A stretch of DNA of 64,000 nt from NCBI GenBank assembly GCA_963701965.1, contig OY969695.1, positions 256,001 through 320,000 of the forward strand. Direction: 5' to 3'. The stretch comes from an uncultured Gemmatimonadales bacterium (GTDB lineage: Bacteria; Gemmatimonadota; Gemmatimonadetes; Gemmatimonadales; Gemmatimonadaceae). The position numbers and the translations under genes were made by a program. Of the stretch, positions 1 to 12,870 are shown piece by piece. A model generated the notes under the pieces. The model worked only from the letters and a program-made list of their open reading frames with translations, was not told the DNA's origin and did no database searches. Every line of letters begins with the position of its first letter. Position 1 is the first letter of the stretch.

Positions 1-1142
1 GGGAACGCGATTGCCTCGGCGACCGAGACGTCGCCCGGGTCGAGCGCGATGTCGCTGGCGCGGCGCAGGACGCGCCAGGCGCCGCTCGCGAGGTCGAGGC
101 GGACGATGGCTTCGACCTCGGTCTCGGCAGCGGCGATGCCGGCGACGAAGCCGTCGCCGACGCGCAGGTTCCTGATCGTGCAGAACGACGTCGCAAGCTC
201 GCTGAAGACGTCGCCGTGCGCGGCGATCCGTGCCAGGTGCGAGCGGCCGTCCCGGTCGAAGACGCAGACGATGCTGGCGTCGGCGTCGAAGCCGTACATC
301 GCCTGGCCGAAGACCCAATGCGGCTCGCCGAACTCGGCGTCTTCGGGATGGATCGCGTCGATCCGCCCGAGCGTTCGCGGTACAGGTTCCACCAGCCACT
401 GCGGTCGGAGACGAAGTGCAGCTCGCCCGCGGGCGACCAGCGCGGCTCGCCGACCGACTCGTCGGCACCGCCCGCGACCCGGCGCGCGTCGCCTGGCACG
501 CCGGCGGCGTCGAGCGCGGCGACCCAGAGCTCGCTTCCTTGCCACGGCATGCGCGGATGGTCCCAGCTGAGCCAGGCAAGGCGCGTCCCGTCGTCCGAGA
601 GGCGCGGGCTCGAGAAGAAGTCGTGGCCGGACGCGAGCACCGTCTCGGCGCCGCTCGCCAGATCGATGGCGACGATCGCGTTCACCGCCTCGCTCGCGAC
701 ACCGTGCTCTTCGCGGACGGCGATCAGGCGGCCGCGCGCGGCATCGACGACGAGGTCGGCGAAGCGCCGCTTCCCGGGCGCGGTGACCGGCTGCGGCAGC
801 GTCGCTGCGGACGCGATAGACGCGTTGGTCGGCGTCATGGCAGAAGAAGAGCTCGCCGTCGGCCGCGACCGCGAAGGCGCCGCCGCCGTATTCGTGGACC
901 CGCGTTCGTGCGTCGTAGGGCGCGGGATTGCGGTCGACGGCGCGGCCCGCACGGTCGCATTCGACGACGACGCTGCGGCCGCCTTCACCAGGGCGGCTTT
1001 CGCTCCAGTAGACGTTCTCGCCGACGACCGCGACCTGGCCGAAGCGGATCGTCGCCGCCGCGAGCAGCTCGGCGCCGAGCGGCGACGGCCAGCTGCCGAA
1101 CGATGCCTGCTGCTTGCCTTCGCCGCGTGCCGCTTCGGTCAC
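1..1142 (-). CDS. S9 family (prolyl oligopeptidase/acylaminoacyl peptidase-like) peptidase, 5' part; runs off the window start; contains indels
   Basis: Manual minus-strand translation gives SFGSWPSPL, YWSESRPGEGGRS, RVHEYGGG, FFSSPRLS and WDHPRMPW, typical of the N-terminal propeller of this peptidase family. GTG start near 1142. Confidence 0.8.
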   Translation of the reverse strand, partial: MTEAARGEGKQQASFGSWPSPLGAELLAAATIRFGQVAVVGENVYWSESRPGEGGRSVVVECDRAGRAVDRNPAPYDARTRVHEYGGGAFAVAADGELFFCHDADQRVYRVRSDAAAAGHRAREAALRRPRRRCRARPPDRRPRRARCRERGGERDRRHRSGERRRDGARVRPRLLLEPAPLGRRDAPCLAQLGPSAHAVARKRALGRRARRRRRARRRAPGRGRCRRVGRRAALVARGRAALRLRPQWLVEPVPRTLGRIDAIHPEDAEFGEPHWVFGQAMYGFDADASIVCVFDRDGRSHLARIAAHGDVFSELATSFCTIRNLRVGDGFVAGIAAAETEVEAIVRLDLASGAWRVLRRASDIALDPGDVSVAEAIAF

Positions 1143-1149
1143 GGCACGC

Positions 1150-1215
1150 TCAGCACAGCGATCGCCGGGAACAGGGAGCGCCTGCTTTCCAGGCGACGGC
1201 GGCACGGGTCTTCAT
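1150..1215 (-). pseudogene. frmA: Remnant of S-(hydroxymethyl)glutathione dehydrogenase (class III ADH) N-terminus
   Basis: GAGGAC RBS, then ATG and MKTRAAVAWKAGAP. An alternate frame immediately gives LFPAI. Both are characteristic FrmA/AdhC segments. Stop after 21 codons. Confidence 0.6.
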
Positions 1216-2894
1216 CTGGGTGTCCTCGAGGCGGTGGAAGTCGGGAACGGTCATCGTCGTCGGCTCGTCCGCCCGCGTCGACGCCTTGATCATCGCCGCC
1301 GCCTTCTCGGCGATCATGATCGTCGCCGCGTTGGTGTTGCCGCTGACGATCGTCGGCATGATCGACGCGTCGACGACGCGCAGGCCGTCGCTGCCGCGCA
1401 CGCGCAGCTCGTCGTCGACGACGTCGAGCGGGCCCTTGCCCATGCGACAGGTGCCGACCGGGTGATAGATCGTGTCGGCGTGGCCGCGGATGAAGCGCTC
1501 GATCTCGACGTCGCTTTGCGCCGTTGCCGAAGCCGCAAGCTCGCGCGCGCCGTGCCCGGCGAGCGCCGGCTGCGCGAGGATGTGGCGCATCGCCTTGAAG
1601 CCGCGCACCAGACGGTCGACGTCGTCGCGCTCGGCGAGGAAGGCCGGATCGATCCGCGGCGCCGCGAACGGATCGGCGCTCGCCAGCTCGACCTGGCCGC
1701 GGCTCTTCGGCCGCATCAGGCAGACGTGGCATGAGTAGCCGTGGCCGAAGACGGTCTTGCGGCCATGGTCGAGCAGCTTGGCGACGATGAAGTGCAGTTG
1801 CAGGTCGGGCCGCGTCTCTTCCGGCCGGCTGCGCAGGAACGCTCCGCCTTCGGCGTAGTTGGTGGTGAGCGGGCCGCGCCGATGGCGGCGCCATTCGAGC
1901 ACCGCCTTCAGCAGCGAGACCGCGCCGGACAGCGACAGGCCGAACAGATCCTTGAGGTGCGGCGCATCGAGCACGGCGACGACGTCGATGTGATCGTGCA
2001 GATGGCGGCCGACGCCGGGCAGATCGATCCGGGTCGTGATGCCGTGTCGGCGCAGGTGCTCGCCCGGGCCGATGCCCGACAGCATCAGCACCTGCGGCGA
2101 CTGCAACGCGCCCGCGCAGACGACGACCTCGCGGCGGGCACGAAACGCCTGCAGCTCGCCGCCGACGCTGCGCTTCGACCGCGACCGCGCGCCGGCCTTC
2201 GAGCAGCACGCGGGTCGTGTGCGCGCCGGTGACGATGACGAGGTTGGGCCGATCGAGGTTCGGCGCGAGATAGGCCTTGGCGGCGCTGCAGCGCTCGCCG
2301 TTCTTCTGCGTCACCTGGATACAGGCCGGCGCCTTCCTGATGCGCGCCGTTGAAGTCGCGATTGGCGGCGAGGCCGGCCTGCACCGCGGCTTCGACGAAC
2401 AGCCGGCCGAAGCGATGCGGGCTCGCCAGGTCCATCACGTTGAGCGGGCCGGCGCCGCCATGAAACGCGTCGGCGCCGCGCTCGTTGTGCTCGGCGTGCT
2501 TGAAGTAGGGCAGCACGTCGGCCCAGCCCCAGCCGCTGTTGCCTTCGGCCGCCCAGCCGTCGTAGTCCTCGCGCTGGCCGCGGACATAGATCATGGCGTT
2601 GATCGAGCTCGAGCCGCCGAGCACCTTGCCGCGCGGCTGGTAGCCGCGGCGGCCGTTCAGGCCGGCCTGCGGAACGGTCTCGAAGTCCCAGTTGGCGCCG
2701 CCGGTCCGGCCGAGCAGCGGAAAGCCCGCCGGGCAATGGATCAGCACGCTCTTGTCGACCGGCCCGGCCTCGAGCAGGCAGACGCGAACGAACGGGTTCT
2801 CGCTCAGCCGCGCCGCGAGCACGCAGCCGGCGGATCCGCCGCCGACCACGACGTAGTCGAAGTCGCCCATGCGGCTGGTCGTCGACAGTGCCAT
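1216..2894 (-). CDS. GMC family oxidoreductase (choline dehydrogenase-like), frameshifted; 3' end approximate
   Basis: FDYVVVGGGSAG FAD motif, RGKVLGGSSSINAM, SPQVLMLSGIG, YHPVGTCRMG and GNTNAATIMIAEK across three frames. Confidence 0.9.
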
Positions 2895-2944
2895 CGCGGC
2901 GATTGTGCCGTCGCTGAGGCAGGCGCTCGGTCTTGCGAACCGAA

Positions 2945-4514
2945 CTACAGCAGCTGCTCGGGAACGAACCAGCCGAGCAGCATGTTGTGCACGCGCAGCC
3001 AGAGACTCGACTCGGGCTCGACCCCGAGGATGACTTCCTTGTCGTCGTCGAGCGTGAGCCACTCGAGCTGGTTCGTCTTCGGATCGAGGCGCAGCCGGTA
3101 GGCGCCCTCGAGCTTGCTGATGTTGATGACGCGCAGCAGCTCCTTGGCCAGCGCCGGGCTCTCGATGAACATGCCGAACTCGGTGTTGGTGCTGGCCGAG
3201 CGCGGGTCGAGGTTCATCGAGCCGATGAAGATTGTCTTCTTGTCGATCACCGCCGTCTTCGCGTGGAGCCGCCCGAGCGAGGCGCCGAACATGCCGAGCC
3301 GCTTGGTCTGCTGGGTGCGCGTCGGGCTCAGCTCGTAGAGGTCGACGCCGGCCTGGAGCATGGCCGTGCGATAGTGCGAATAGCCGTTGTGGACGAGCGG
3401 CTCGTCGGTCGCGGCGAGCGAGTTCGTGATCACCGTGACCTTGACCTTCTCCTTCTCGAGGTTGCGAAACGACTCCATCCCCTTTTCGCCCGGAATCATG
3501 TACGGCGAGGTCAGGACCAGGTCGCTCCTGGCCTGCCAGACCTGCATCATCACGTCGTTGGTGACGCTCATCTCGAACGCGACCTTGGGCGACATCGCGA
3601 GCAGCTTTTCGGGCGGGTCGGAGAAGGCGCGGGCGATGCCCCACTCGAGGCCGATCTGGCCGGCATCGAGCTCTTCGACGAGCGGGCCGTAGCCGAGCAG
3701 GTCGGTCGCGGGCGGATTGGTCGGCGGCGATGGCGGCAGGCTCGCGATCAGCGCGTCGAACGCCTTGGCGCGCGCCGGCCGGTCGCCGAGCGGCTCGCCG
3801 ACCGCTTCGATCGGGTAGACGACCTCGCTGTTCCAGTAGCGGTCGAAGATGGCCGACATCGAACTTCACCACCGCGCCCATGACGAACGCGTCCATGTCG
3901 ACGAAGTTGGCGTTCATCGCGCGCAGGAAGTACTCGTCGGCGATGTTGCGCCCGCCGGCCACCGCCATCACGCCGTCGGCGATGAAGAGCTTGTTGTGCA
4001 TGCGGTGGTTGAGCCGGCCGAAGTCGAAGATCGACGCGGTGTAGCGGGCGCCGACGCCGCTGCCGCGGGCACAGCAGAACGGATTGAAGAGGCGCACCTC
4101 GATGTTCGGGAACGACGCCAGGCCGCGCAGCAGCGGGTCGGAGTGGGTCGTGTAGAGGTCGTCGACCAGCAGGCGGACGCGAACGCCGCGCACGCTCGCA
4201 TCGCGCAGCGCCGTCATCAGGAGCCGGCCGGTCGGGTCGTCCTCGAGCACGTAGTACTGGACGTCGAGCGAGCTCGTCGCGCGCTGGGCCAGCTGGATCC
4301 GGGTGTCGAGCGAGTAGGCGCCGAGCGGCAACAGGCGCACGCCGGTCTGCTCGGGCGAGGGGATCGAGCTCGCCGCGATCTTGACCAGCGGGCTTTCGGG
4401 ATTGGGCGGCAGCGCGCTCGAGTCGGTCTTGCCGACGTTGGTCGGCAGCGAGCCGCAGCCGGCGAGAAGCGCGCCGGCGAGGCCGAGCAACGAGCGCCGC
4501 CGCACGGCCGGCAA
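2945..4514 (-). CDS. Phospholipase D family (ClsC-like) lipoprotein, one frameshift near 3860
   Basis: Two HKD motifs (HNKLFIAD, HAKTAVID). N-terminal RRRSLL...LLAGC twin-arginine/lipobox signal. Confidence 0.9.
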
Positions 4515-4624
4515 GGCTCCTCTTGCCGCGCCGCCGATCCGCTGCAGCCGGCTCGTCGTACGCCGCGAGGCGAGTGCCTTTCTCGTAAGATGAAGAGCGC
4601 GGCAGCGACCGACCGGAGCCCGTC

Positions 4625-5164
4625 ATGAAGAAACTTCTCGCGTTCATGGTGCTGATGCTCACGTTGGCGACATCGTCATACGCAGCACTCGACGTCGGAG
4701 ATGCGGCGCCAAACTTTACAGCGACGGCCGCGCTCGACGGCAAGCAGTTCAAGTTCACGCTCGCCGATTCGCTGGCCAAGGGACCGGTGGTCCTGTACTT
4801 TTTTCCGGCGGCGTTCTCGGTCGGCTGCTCGATCGAGGCGCACGAGTTCGCCGAGGCGATGTCGAAGTACGAGGCGCTCGGCGCGACCGTGATCGGCGTC
4901 TCGTCGGACGACATCGACACGCTCGGCAAGTTCTCGGTCCAGGCCTGCCAGGGCAAGTTCCCGGTCGCCTCCGACAACAGCCAGGTCGTGATGAAGTCGT
5001 ACGACGCGGTGATGACGACGCGCCCCGACTACGCCAACCGCGTCTCGTACGTCATCGCCCCCAACGGCAAGGTGGTCTACAACTACCAGAGCCTGAATCC
5101 GAGCCGGCACGTCGAGAAGACGCTGGCCGCGCTCAAGGACTGGGTGCAGACCAAGGCGAAGTAG
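4625..5164 (+). CDS. Peroxiredoxin (BCP/PrxQ-like) with signal peptide
   Basis: VVLYFFPAAFSVGCSIEA peroxidatic motif; hydrophobic N-terminal signal. Confidence 0.85.
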   Translation: MKKLLAFMVLMLTLATSSYAALDVGDAAPNFTATAALDGKQFKFTLADSLAKGPVVLYFFPAAFSVGCSIEAHEFAEAMSKYEALGATVIGVSSDDIDTLGKFSVQACQGKFPVASDNSQVVMKSYDAVMTTRPDYANRVSYVIAPNGKVVYNYQSLNPSRHVEKTLAALKDWVQTKAK

Positions 5165-5190
5165 CGGCTGAGCGGTGCGCGCGTGTCGCG

Positions 5191-6504
5191 TCAGCGCCCG
5201 GTCGCGGTGACGCGCCAGACGACGTTGCCGACATCGTCGGCGACCAGCAGCGCGCCGCTCTTGTCGATCGCCACGCCCACCGGCCGGCCCTTGGCGTCGC
5301 CGTTGGCGTCGAGGAAGCCGGTGAGCACGTCGATCGGCATGCCCGACGGCTTGCCGTCGGCGAACGGCACGAACACGACCTTGTAGCCGCTCGGCGGGTT
5401 GCGGTTCCACGAGCCGTGCTGGCCGACGAACATGCCGTTCGTGAACGGCGCCGGCAAGGTGGCGCCGGTCGATGCGACGAGGCCGAGCGAGGCCGTGTGC
5501 GGGCCGAGCGCGTAGTCGGGCGCGACCGCCTTGGCGACGAGGTCGGGACGCTGCGGCTGCGCCCGATCGTCGACGTGCTGGCCGTAGTAGCTGTAGGGCC
5601 AGCCGTAGAAGGCGCCGTCGTGGACGGAGGTGAGGTAGTCGGGGACGAGGTCGCTGCCGAGCTCGTCGCGCTCGTTGGCGACCGTCCAGAGCGTGCCGTC
5701 GCTGCCCCAGGCCATGCCGTTCGGGTTGCGCAGGCCGGTGGCGAAGAGATGGCTCGCGCCGCTCTTGCGGTCGATCTCCCAGATCGCGGCGCGGCCCTCC
5801 TCGGCGGCCATGCCGTTCTCGGCGACGTTGCTGTTCGAGCCGACCGTCGCGTAGAGCTTGGCGCCGTCGGCGCTGGCGATCACGTTCTTGGTCCAGTGGT
5901 GGTTGATGGGTCCCGCGGGCAGGGGAGCGACGGTCGTCGGCGCCGCGTCGATATGGGTCGCGCCCTCGCTGTAGGGGTAGCGCACCACGCCGTCCGAGTT
6001 GGCGACGTAGAAGTCGTTGCCGACCAGCGTCATGCCGAACGGCGAGTGCAGGTGCTCGACGAAGACGCTGCGCGACTCGGCCGTGCCGTCGCCCTTGACG
6101 CCGCGCAGCAGCGTGATCCGGTCGGCGCTCGGCGTGCCGGCGCCGGCGCGCTTCATCAGCTGCTTCATCAACCAGCCCTTGACGCCCTTGTCGTCTTCCG
6201 GCTTGGGCGGTGCGTTGGTCTCGGCGACGAGCACGTCGCCGTTGGGCAGCACCGTGAGCCAGCGCGGATGATCGAGGCCGGTCGCGTAGGCGGTGACCGT
6301 GAGGCCGGTCGCGGCCACGGGCTTGTCGCCGTCGGGCCAGCCCTTGGCCAGGGCGACGTGGACGGTCGGGATCAAGGTCTTGTGCGGCTCGGGCAGCGCC
6401 GGATGCGGTCCCATGCCGGCGCTGTCGGGCAGGGTGGCGACGTCGCCGCAGGCGGCGACCGCGGCCACCGCGACGGCAAGCGGAACGAAGCGAAAGGAGC
6501 GCAT
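5191..6504 (-). CDS. L-sorbosone dehydrogenase family (PQQ-type beta-propeller) lipoprotein
   Basis: Intact 437-aa ORF with lipobox [24 protein letters not shown] and HGSWNR. Confidence 0.9.
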   Translation of the reverse strand: MRSFRFVPLAVAVAAVAACGDVATLPDSAGMGPHPALPEPHKTLIPTVHVALAKGWPDGDKPVAATGLTVTAYATGLDHPRWLTVLPNGDVLVAETNAPPKPEDDKGVKGWLMKQLMKRAGAGTPSADRITLLRGVKGDGTAESRSVFVEHLHSPFGMTLVGNDFYVANSDGVVRYPYSEGATHIDAAPTTVAPLPAGPINHHWTKNVIASADGAKLYATVGSNSNVAENGMAAEEGRAAIWEIDRKSGASHLFATGLRNPNGMAWGSDGTLWTVANERDELGSDLVPDYLTSVHDGAFYGWPYSYYGQHVDDRAQPQRPDLVAKAVAPDYALGPHTASLGLVASTGATLPAPFTNGMFVGQHGSWNRNPPSGYKVVFVPFADGKPSGMPIDVLTGFLDANGDAKGRPVGVAIDKSGALLVADDVGNVVWRVTATGR

Positions 6505-6724
6505 GGCAAGGTCGGCGGAGAAGCAACCCGACGAATGTGGACGACGCTGCTGCGCCGACCTGTAGGTTGCTACCGCATCCCGCTGTCAGGCACGCACGAT
6601 GCTTCGGGCGCACGCGGGATGTCGTGCCTCGCCAACAGTGCACGGTTTCGCGGCCTCGGGCAGGCGGGCGGCGCGCACCGGTTGCGTAGCTGCTGTCACA
6701 CTGGGCCGATTCAGGGAGGTCGCC

Positions 6725-6922
6725 ATGCCCAGGAAACTACCCGCCCGCCTCGCGCGGCCGCTCAAGCTCTACGCCACCGGCCACGCCACGCTCCTGGTCG
6801 GCGCCTGGGCGATGAGCGCCACCGGATCGATGCTGCCGATGGCGCTCGCCGCCTCGGCGTGCCTGATGCTCACCGTTCCGCTGGTGCGCCATTTCCTCAC
6901 GCCGGCAGACGCCCGGCGCTGA
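6725..6922 (+). CDS. Small hypothetical membrane protein
   Basis: GGAGG RBS before ATG 6725; two hydrophobic stretches. Confidence 0.45.
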   Translation: MPRKLPARLARPLKLYATGHATLLVGAWAMSATGSMLPMALAASACLMLTVPLVRHFLTPADARR

Positions 6923-7061
6923 TCGGCTCGCTCCGAGCGCGGCGCTGTAGGAGCGCGCCGACGGTCGACTCGCCGCCCAGACGACTCGCGCGGGCGGTCG
7001 CTTCCGCTTCGCTGCGATCCCGCGCCGCTTCATCCTTCACCGTGGTTCAACCCAACCAGGA

Positions 7062-7607
7062 GTGACGCAGATGAACAGCAACGGACCCGTGCTCACCGGT
7101 CTCTTCCGCGATCGCGACAGCGCCGAGCGCGCCTATCAGTCGATCTCGGACCGCGGCTACCACCGTGACGACGTCAATGTCGTCATGTCCGACGACACCC
7201 GCAAGCGCCACTTCTCGGGCACCACCAGCGGTCGCGAGACCGAGCTCGGCTCCAAGGCGGCCGAGGGCGCGGGAATCGGCGGCGCGATCGGCGGCAGCCT
7301 GGGTGCGATCGCCGCGGCGATCGCTGCGGTCGGAACGACCATCGCCCTGCCGGGCCTCGGTCTGGTCATCGCCGGTCCGCTGGCCGCGGCGATTGCCGGT
7401 GCCGGCGCCGGCGCCGCGACCGGCGGCATCGTCGGCGCGCTGATCGGCTGGGGCATTCCGGAAGAGCGCGTCAAGGAATACGACAAGGGGATCCGCGAAG
7501 GCGGCATCCTGATGGCCGTCCGCCCGCGCAACGACGAGGACGCGAGCTTACTTCGAGAACTCATGGAAGTCGAACCGCGGCGAGCACGTCTACCGCTGAC
7601 CCGCTGA
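7062..7607 (+). CDS. General-stress-type glycine-zipper membrane protein (C-terminal indel likely)
   Basis: TGLFRDRDSAERAY, Gly/Ala zipper and GIPEERVKEYDKGIREGGIL; AGGAG RBS. Confidence 0.7.
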   Translation: MTQMNSNGPVLTGLFRDRDSAERAYQSISDRGYHRDDVNVVMSDDTRKRHFSGTTSGRETELGSKAAEGAGIGGAIGGSLGAIAAAIAAVGTTIALPGLGLVIAGPLAAAIAGAGAGAATGGIVGALIGWGIPEERVKEYDKGIREGGILMAVRPRNDEDASLLRELMEVEPRRARLPLTR

Positions 7608-7655
7608 ACGCCCGACGCCGCCGCCTGCGCAAGCATCGCGGCGGCGTTGTCGCGC

Positions 7656-8093
7656 TCAGGGCGGATTGATTCCGAGCAGCTCGATCTCGAAGCGCAGCGT
7701 CGCGTTTGGCGGTATCACCCCGCCCGGCGCCGCGCGTGCCATAGGCCAGGTCGGGCGGGCAGACGAGCTCGGCCTTGCCGCCGACCTTCATCCGCTGCAC
7801 GCCCTCGGTCCAGCACTTGATGACCCGGTTGAGCGGGAAGACCGCCGGGGCGTTGCGTGAATACGAGCTGTCGAACTCGCTGCCGTCGAGCAGCGTGCCG
7901 CGATAGTGGACCTTGACGGTGTCGGCTCGCGGTCGGGCTCGGGCCGGCGCCTTCGCGCAGCGACTTGTAGACCAGGCCGGATGACGCCGTGATCGCGGCG
8001 CTGGCTGGTTGCGCGACGACGTCGGCCGTGCCAGGCGAGCGCGACGAGCACGAATGGAAGAGCGGCGAGCGTTCGGGACAGGGTCGGCGTCAT
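7656..8093 (-). CDS. FKBP-type peptidyl-prolyl isomerase, frameshifted
   Basis: Across frames: VKVHYRGTLLDGSEFDSS, VIKCWTEGVQRMKVGGKAELVCPPDLAYG, IPPNATLRFEIELL. Confidence 0.9.
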
Positions 8094-8167
8094 GGCCTCA
8101 TTCTGGCCCATGCGCACGCCGTCTTCGGCTGCGGTACAACAGCCGCTTGCAACCACGGAGACGGCCC

Positions 8168-8765
8168 ATGAGAAGAAGCCTGCTGGTCATGCTGGCCTTT
8201 TGCTCGGCGGCAGCGCTCGCCCAGCCGGCGGCGCCGACGATGCGCGTGCGCGGCGACAGTCCTGAAGGTCGACGCCGCCTCGCTCGTCGTCAGGGATCGC
8301 ATCGGCGAGACCACGACCTTCGCGCTGGCCGACAACTTCTCGGTCAGCGAGGTGCTGCCGATCGACCCGACCGCGATCCAGCAAGGCAGCTTCGTCGGCA
8401 TCGCATCGCTTCCCGAACCCGACGGCAAGCTCGCCGCGCTCGAGGTGCTGGTGTTCGCCGAGAGCATGCGCGGCACCGGCGAAGGCCATTCGCCATGGGA
8501 TCTGCAGCCTGGCTCGCAGATGACCAACGCGACCGTCGCGGCGGTCGCCCCCGGCACCAAGGGACGGACGATGACGCTGCGCTACAAGGACGGCGAGAAG
8601 TCGATCTTCGTTCCCGACGGCGTTCCGGTCGTGACGCTGAAGCCGGGCGACCGATCGCTGCTCGTGCCCGGCGCCAAGGTGATCGTCACGGCCCAGGTCA
8701 GGAACGGCCAACCCACGGCGCTGCGCGTCACCGCCGGCCGCAACGGCTTCGAGCCGCCGATGTAA
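8168..8765 (+). CDS. Exported hypothetical protein (DUF5666-like beta-rich), frameshift near 8260
   Basis: Signal peptide; GSFVGIAS, GTGEGHSPWDL and MTNATV motifs; strong codon bias. Confidence 0.65.
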
Positions 8766-8892
8766 GGCGATTCGTCAGAACGTGACCGCCACCCTCGGCG
8801 TGAGCATGACGTCGGGGGAGGTCGAAACTTCGAAGCGTCGATGGGCGGCGCGCTGACCGATGCACTGCGCCGGAAGACAGGCCTGACCCGTC

Positions 8893-10698
<1,806 letters not shown>

Positions 10699-10735
10699 GG
10701 GATCCTGATGGCGAGCGGCAGATTCTAGGAGGCCG

Positions 10736-11575
10736 CTACATCGCCTTGAAGCGCGCCGCGTGCAGGCGGCTGACGACGAGTTTTTCGGGCCGGCCGCGCA
10801 GGCGCAGCGTGACGCGGCCGCTCTCCTCGCGCTCGGCCGCGGCGACCGCATCGGCGCGAACGACGGTGCCGCGATGGATCTGCCAGAAGCGGCCCGGATC
10901 GAGGCGCGGCAGCAGCTCGCGCAGCGCGACCCGGATCAGGTACTCGCGCGTTGCCGTCATGACGCGGATGTACTTGTCGGCCGCCTCGAAGTAGACGACC
11001 TCGTCGATCGGCACCATGTGGATCGCGTTGCCGATCCCGGCCTGGATGACTCGCAGCGGCTCGACCGGTGCCGGCGCCACGCCGGACGTTGCCAGGAGCG
11101 TGCGCAGTTGCTCGACCGCTGCGGCGAGCCCCGACGAGCCGGTGCTGGTCGCCGGCTCGCCGCTGGCCGCGACGCTCGTGGCAGCGCGTGCCGCGAGCGC
11201 GTTGCGCAAGCGCGCGCAGGTTTGCGCCAGCCGCGCCGCCTCGACCGGCTTCAGCACGTAGTCGAACGCGGCGCGCTCGAACGCCTGCAGCGCGTATTGG
11301 TCGTAGGCGGTGACGAAGACGATCAGCGGGAAAGGCGTGCCGTCGTCGGGCCAGTCCTCGGCGAGCGCCTGCGCCGCCTCGAGCCCGCTCATCTCGGGCA
11401 TGCGGATGTCGAGGAAGCAGACGTCGGGCCGGAGCGCCAGCGTCTCGTCGACCGCGCTCTGGCCGTCGGCGACGACCGCCGCCAGCGCGAGCTCGGGCCA
11501 GAGGGCCGCGAGCTCGGCCTGCAGCGTCGCGGCGAGGAGCGGCTCGTCTTCGGCGATCAGGGCGCGTGGCGTCAT
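10736..11575 (-). CDS. LytTR family response regulator
   Basis: Receiver domain (AEDEP, FLDIRMP, FVTAYD, YVLKP) plus LytTR domain (FWQIHRGTVV). Confidence 0.93.
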   Translation of the reverse strand: MTPRALIAEDEPLLAATLQAELAALWPELALAAVVADGQSAVDETLALRPDVCFLDIRMPEMSGLEAAQALAEDWPDDGTPFPLIVFVTAYDQYALQAFERAAFDYVLKPVEAARLAQTCARLRNALAARAATSVAASGEPATSTGSSGLAAAVEQLRTLLATSGVAPAPVEPLRVIQAGIGNAIHMVPIDEVVYFEAADKYIRVMTATREYLIRVALRELLPRLDPGRFWQIHRGTVVRADAVAAAEREESGRVTLRLRGRPEKLVVSRLHAARFKAM

Positions 11576-11585
11576 CGGTCGGCGC

Positions 11586-12719
11586 TCAAGGTGTCAGCGT
11601 CGCGGCCGCCGTTGCCGCCGGCTCGATCGTGAAAGGCAGGCGCACCGTCGCGAGCATCCCGCCGTCGCCATCGTCGACCGGAACGAGCTCGAACGACGCC
11701 GCGCGCGCGCCGTACAAGGTCGCGAGCCGCTCGCGCACGTGGCCGAGGCCGAAGCCGCCGTTCCCCGGCGCGAGCGCAGTGGCAGCGCCGACGCCGCTGT
11801 CGCGGATGCGGATCACGAGCGCGTCGCCTTCGCGACCGGCGCTGACCTCGATTCGGCCGCCTTCGCGCTTCGGCTCGAGGCCGTGCTTGATGCTGTTCTC
11901 GACGATCGGCTGCAGCAGCAGCGGCGGCACCAGCGCCGCTGCCGCGTCGCCGGCAAGCGCGATGCGCGTCGTCAGGCGCGGGCCCATGCGCACTTCCATC
12001 AGCGCGAGGTAGTCGCGCAGGCGGTCGAGCTCGACGGCGAGCGTCTGCGCGCCGGCGCGCGAGCCGGCGAGCGACGCGCGCAGGAACGCGATCAGGCGAT
12101 CGAGCATCGCCTGCGCCCGCACCGGGTCGACCGAAATCAGCGCGCGCAGGTTGGCGAGCGTGTTGAACAGCATGTGCGGCTCGAGCTGTGATTCGAGCAG
12201 CTTCAACTGCTGCTCGGCGGCCTGGCGCTCGGCGCGCTCGACCGCCGCGCGCTGCGCCGAGATCAGCTCGCGAGATTGGAAGAAATAGGTGATCGCGACC
12301 GCTGGAACGAGCGCCATCACGAGCAACGACAGGGTCTGGCGCGGGCCCGCATTGAACGGACCCGGCGCCTGCAGACCGGTCAGCCGGTTGGCGATCTCGT
12401 TGCCCGCCGCATAGCCGAGGATCGCGCCGACGGCGACGATGCCGAGCATCCAGATCCAGCCCGGCCACTGGCCGCCGCCGCCGCCGACCCACGACGGCCG
12501 ATGTGCCGCGACGACGGCGCGGCCGATGTCGATCAGCAGCCAGCACATGGTCGAGATGCAGATCGAGTAGACCAGCGAGATGCCGAGGTCCTGGTGGAAA
12601 GTCGCCCACAGGCAGACGGCGATGACCAGCGCCAAGGCTTCGACCCGAACGCCGCGCAGCACGAAGCGCCGCCACAGCTCGCGCTTCGGCAGGCGGGGCG
12701 GTGCGGCCGCGATGTCCAT
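11586..12719 (-). CDS. LytS-like sensor histidine kinase
   Basis: TM helices, then LESQLEPHMLFNTLANL, LQPIVENSIKHG, RDSGVG and GFGLGHVRERL. Confidence 0.92.
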   Translation of the reverse strand: MDIAAAPPRLPKRELWRRFVLRGVRVEALALVIAVCLWATFHQDLGISLVYSICISTMCWLLIDIGRAVVAAHRPSWVGGGGGQWPGWIWMLGIVAVGAILGYAAGNEIANRLTGLQAPGPFNAGPRQTLSLLVMALVPAVAITYFFQSRELISAQRAAVERAERQAAEQQLKLLESQLEPHMLFNTLANLRALISVDPVRAQAMLDRLIAFLRASLAGSRAGAQTLAVELDRLRDYLALMEVRMGPRLTTRIALAGDAAAALVPPLLLQPIVENSIKHGLEPKREGGRIEVSAGREGDALVIRIRDSGVGAATALAPGNGGFGLGHVRERLATLYGARAASFELVPVDDGDGGMLATVRLPFTIEPAATAAATLTP

Positions 12720-12870
12720 GGCGCGATTCTGGGCGAGGCGCCGCGCCTGCCCGGGCGCGCTGCGACGGAATGCGCGCCGGCGGCGCCAAGCGACGCCCCT
12801 GCGGCGCAGGCTCACAGGCGCGCAGCTATATTGGCCACAGTGCGCCATCCGGTGCAAAGGAGGCTGACCG

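Noticed and set aside
2085..4514. 809-aa PLD-GMC fusion ORF in the supplied track
   Set aside because: Produced by the indel near 3860. PLD ends at 2945 and the GMC gene has its own start near 2894.
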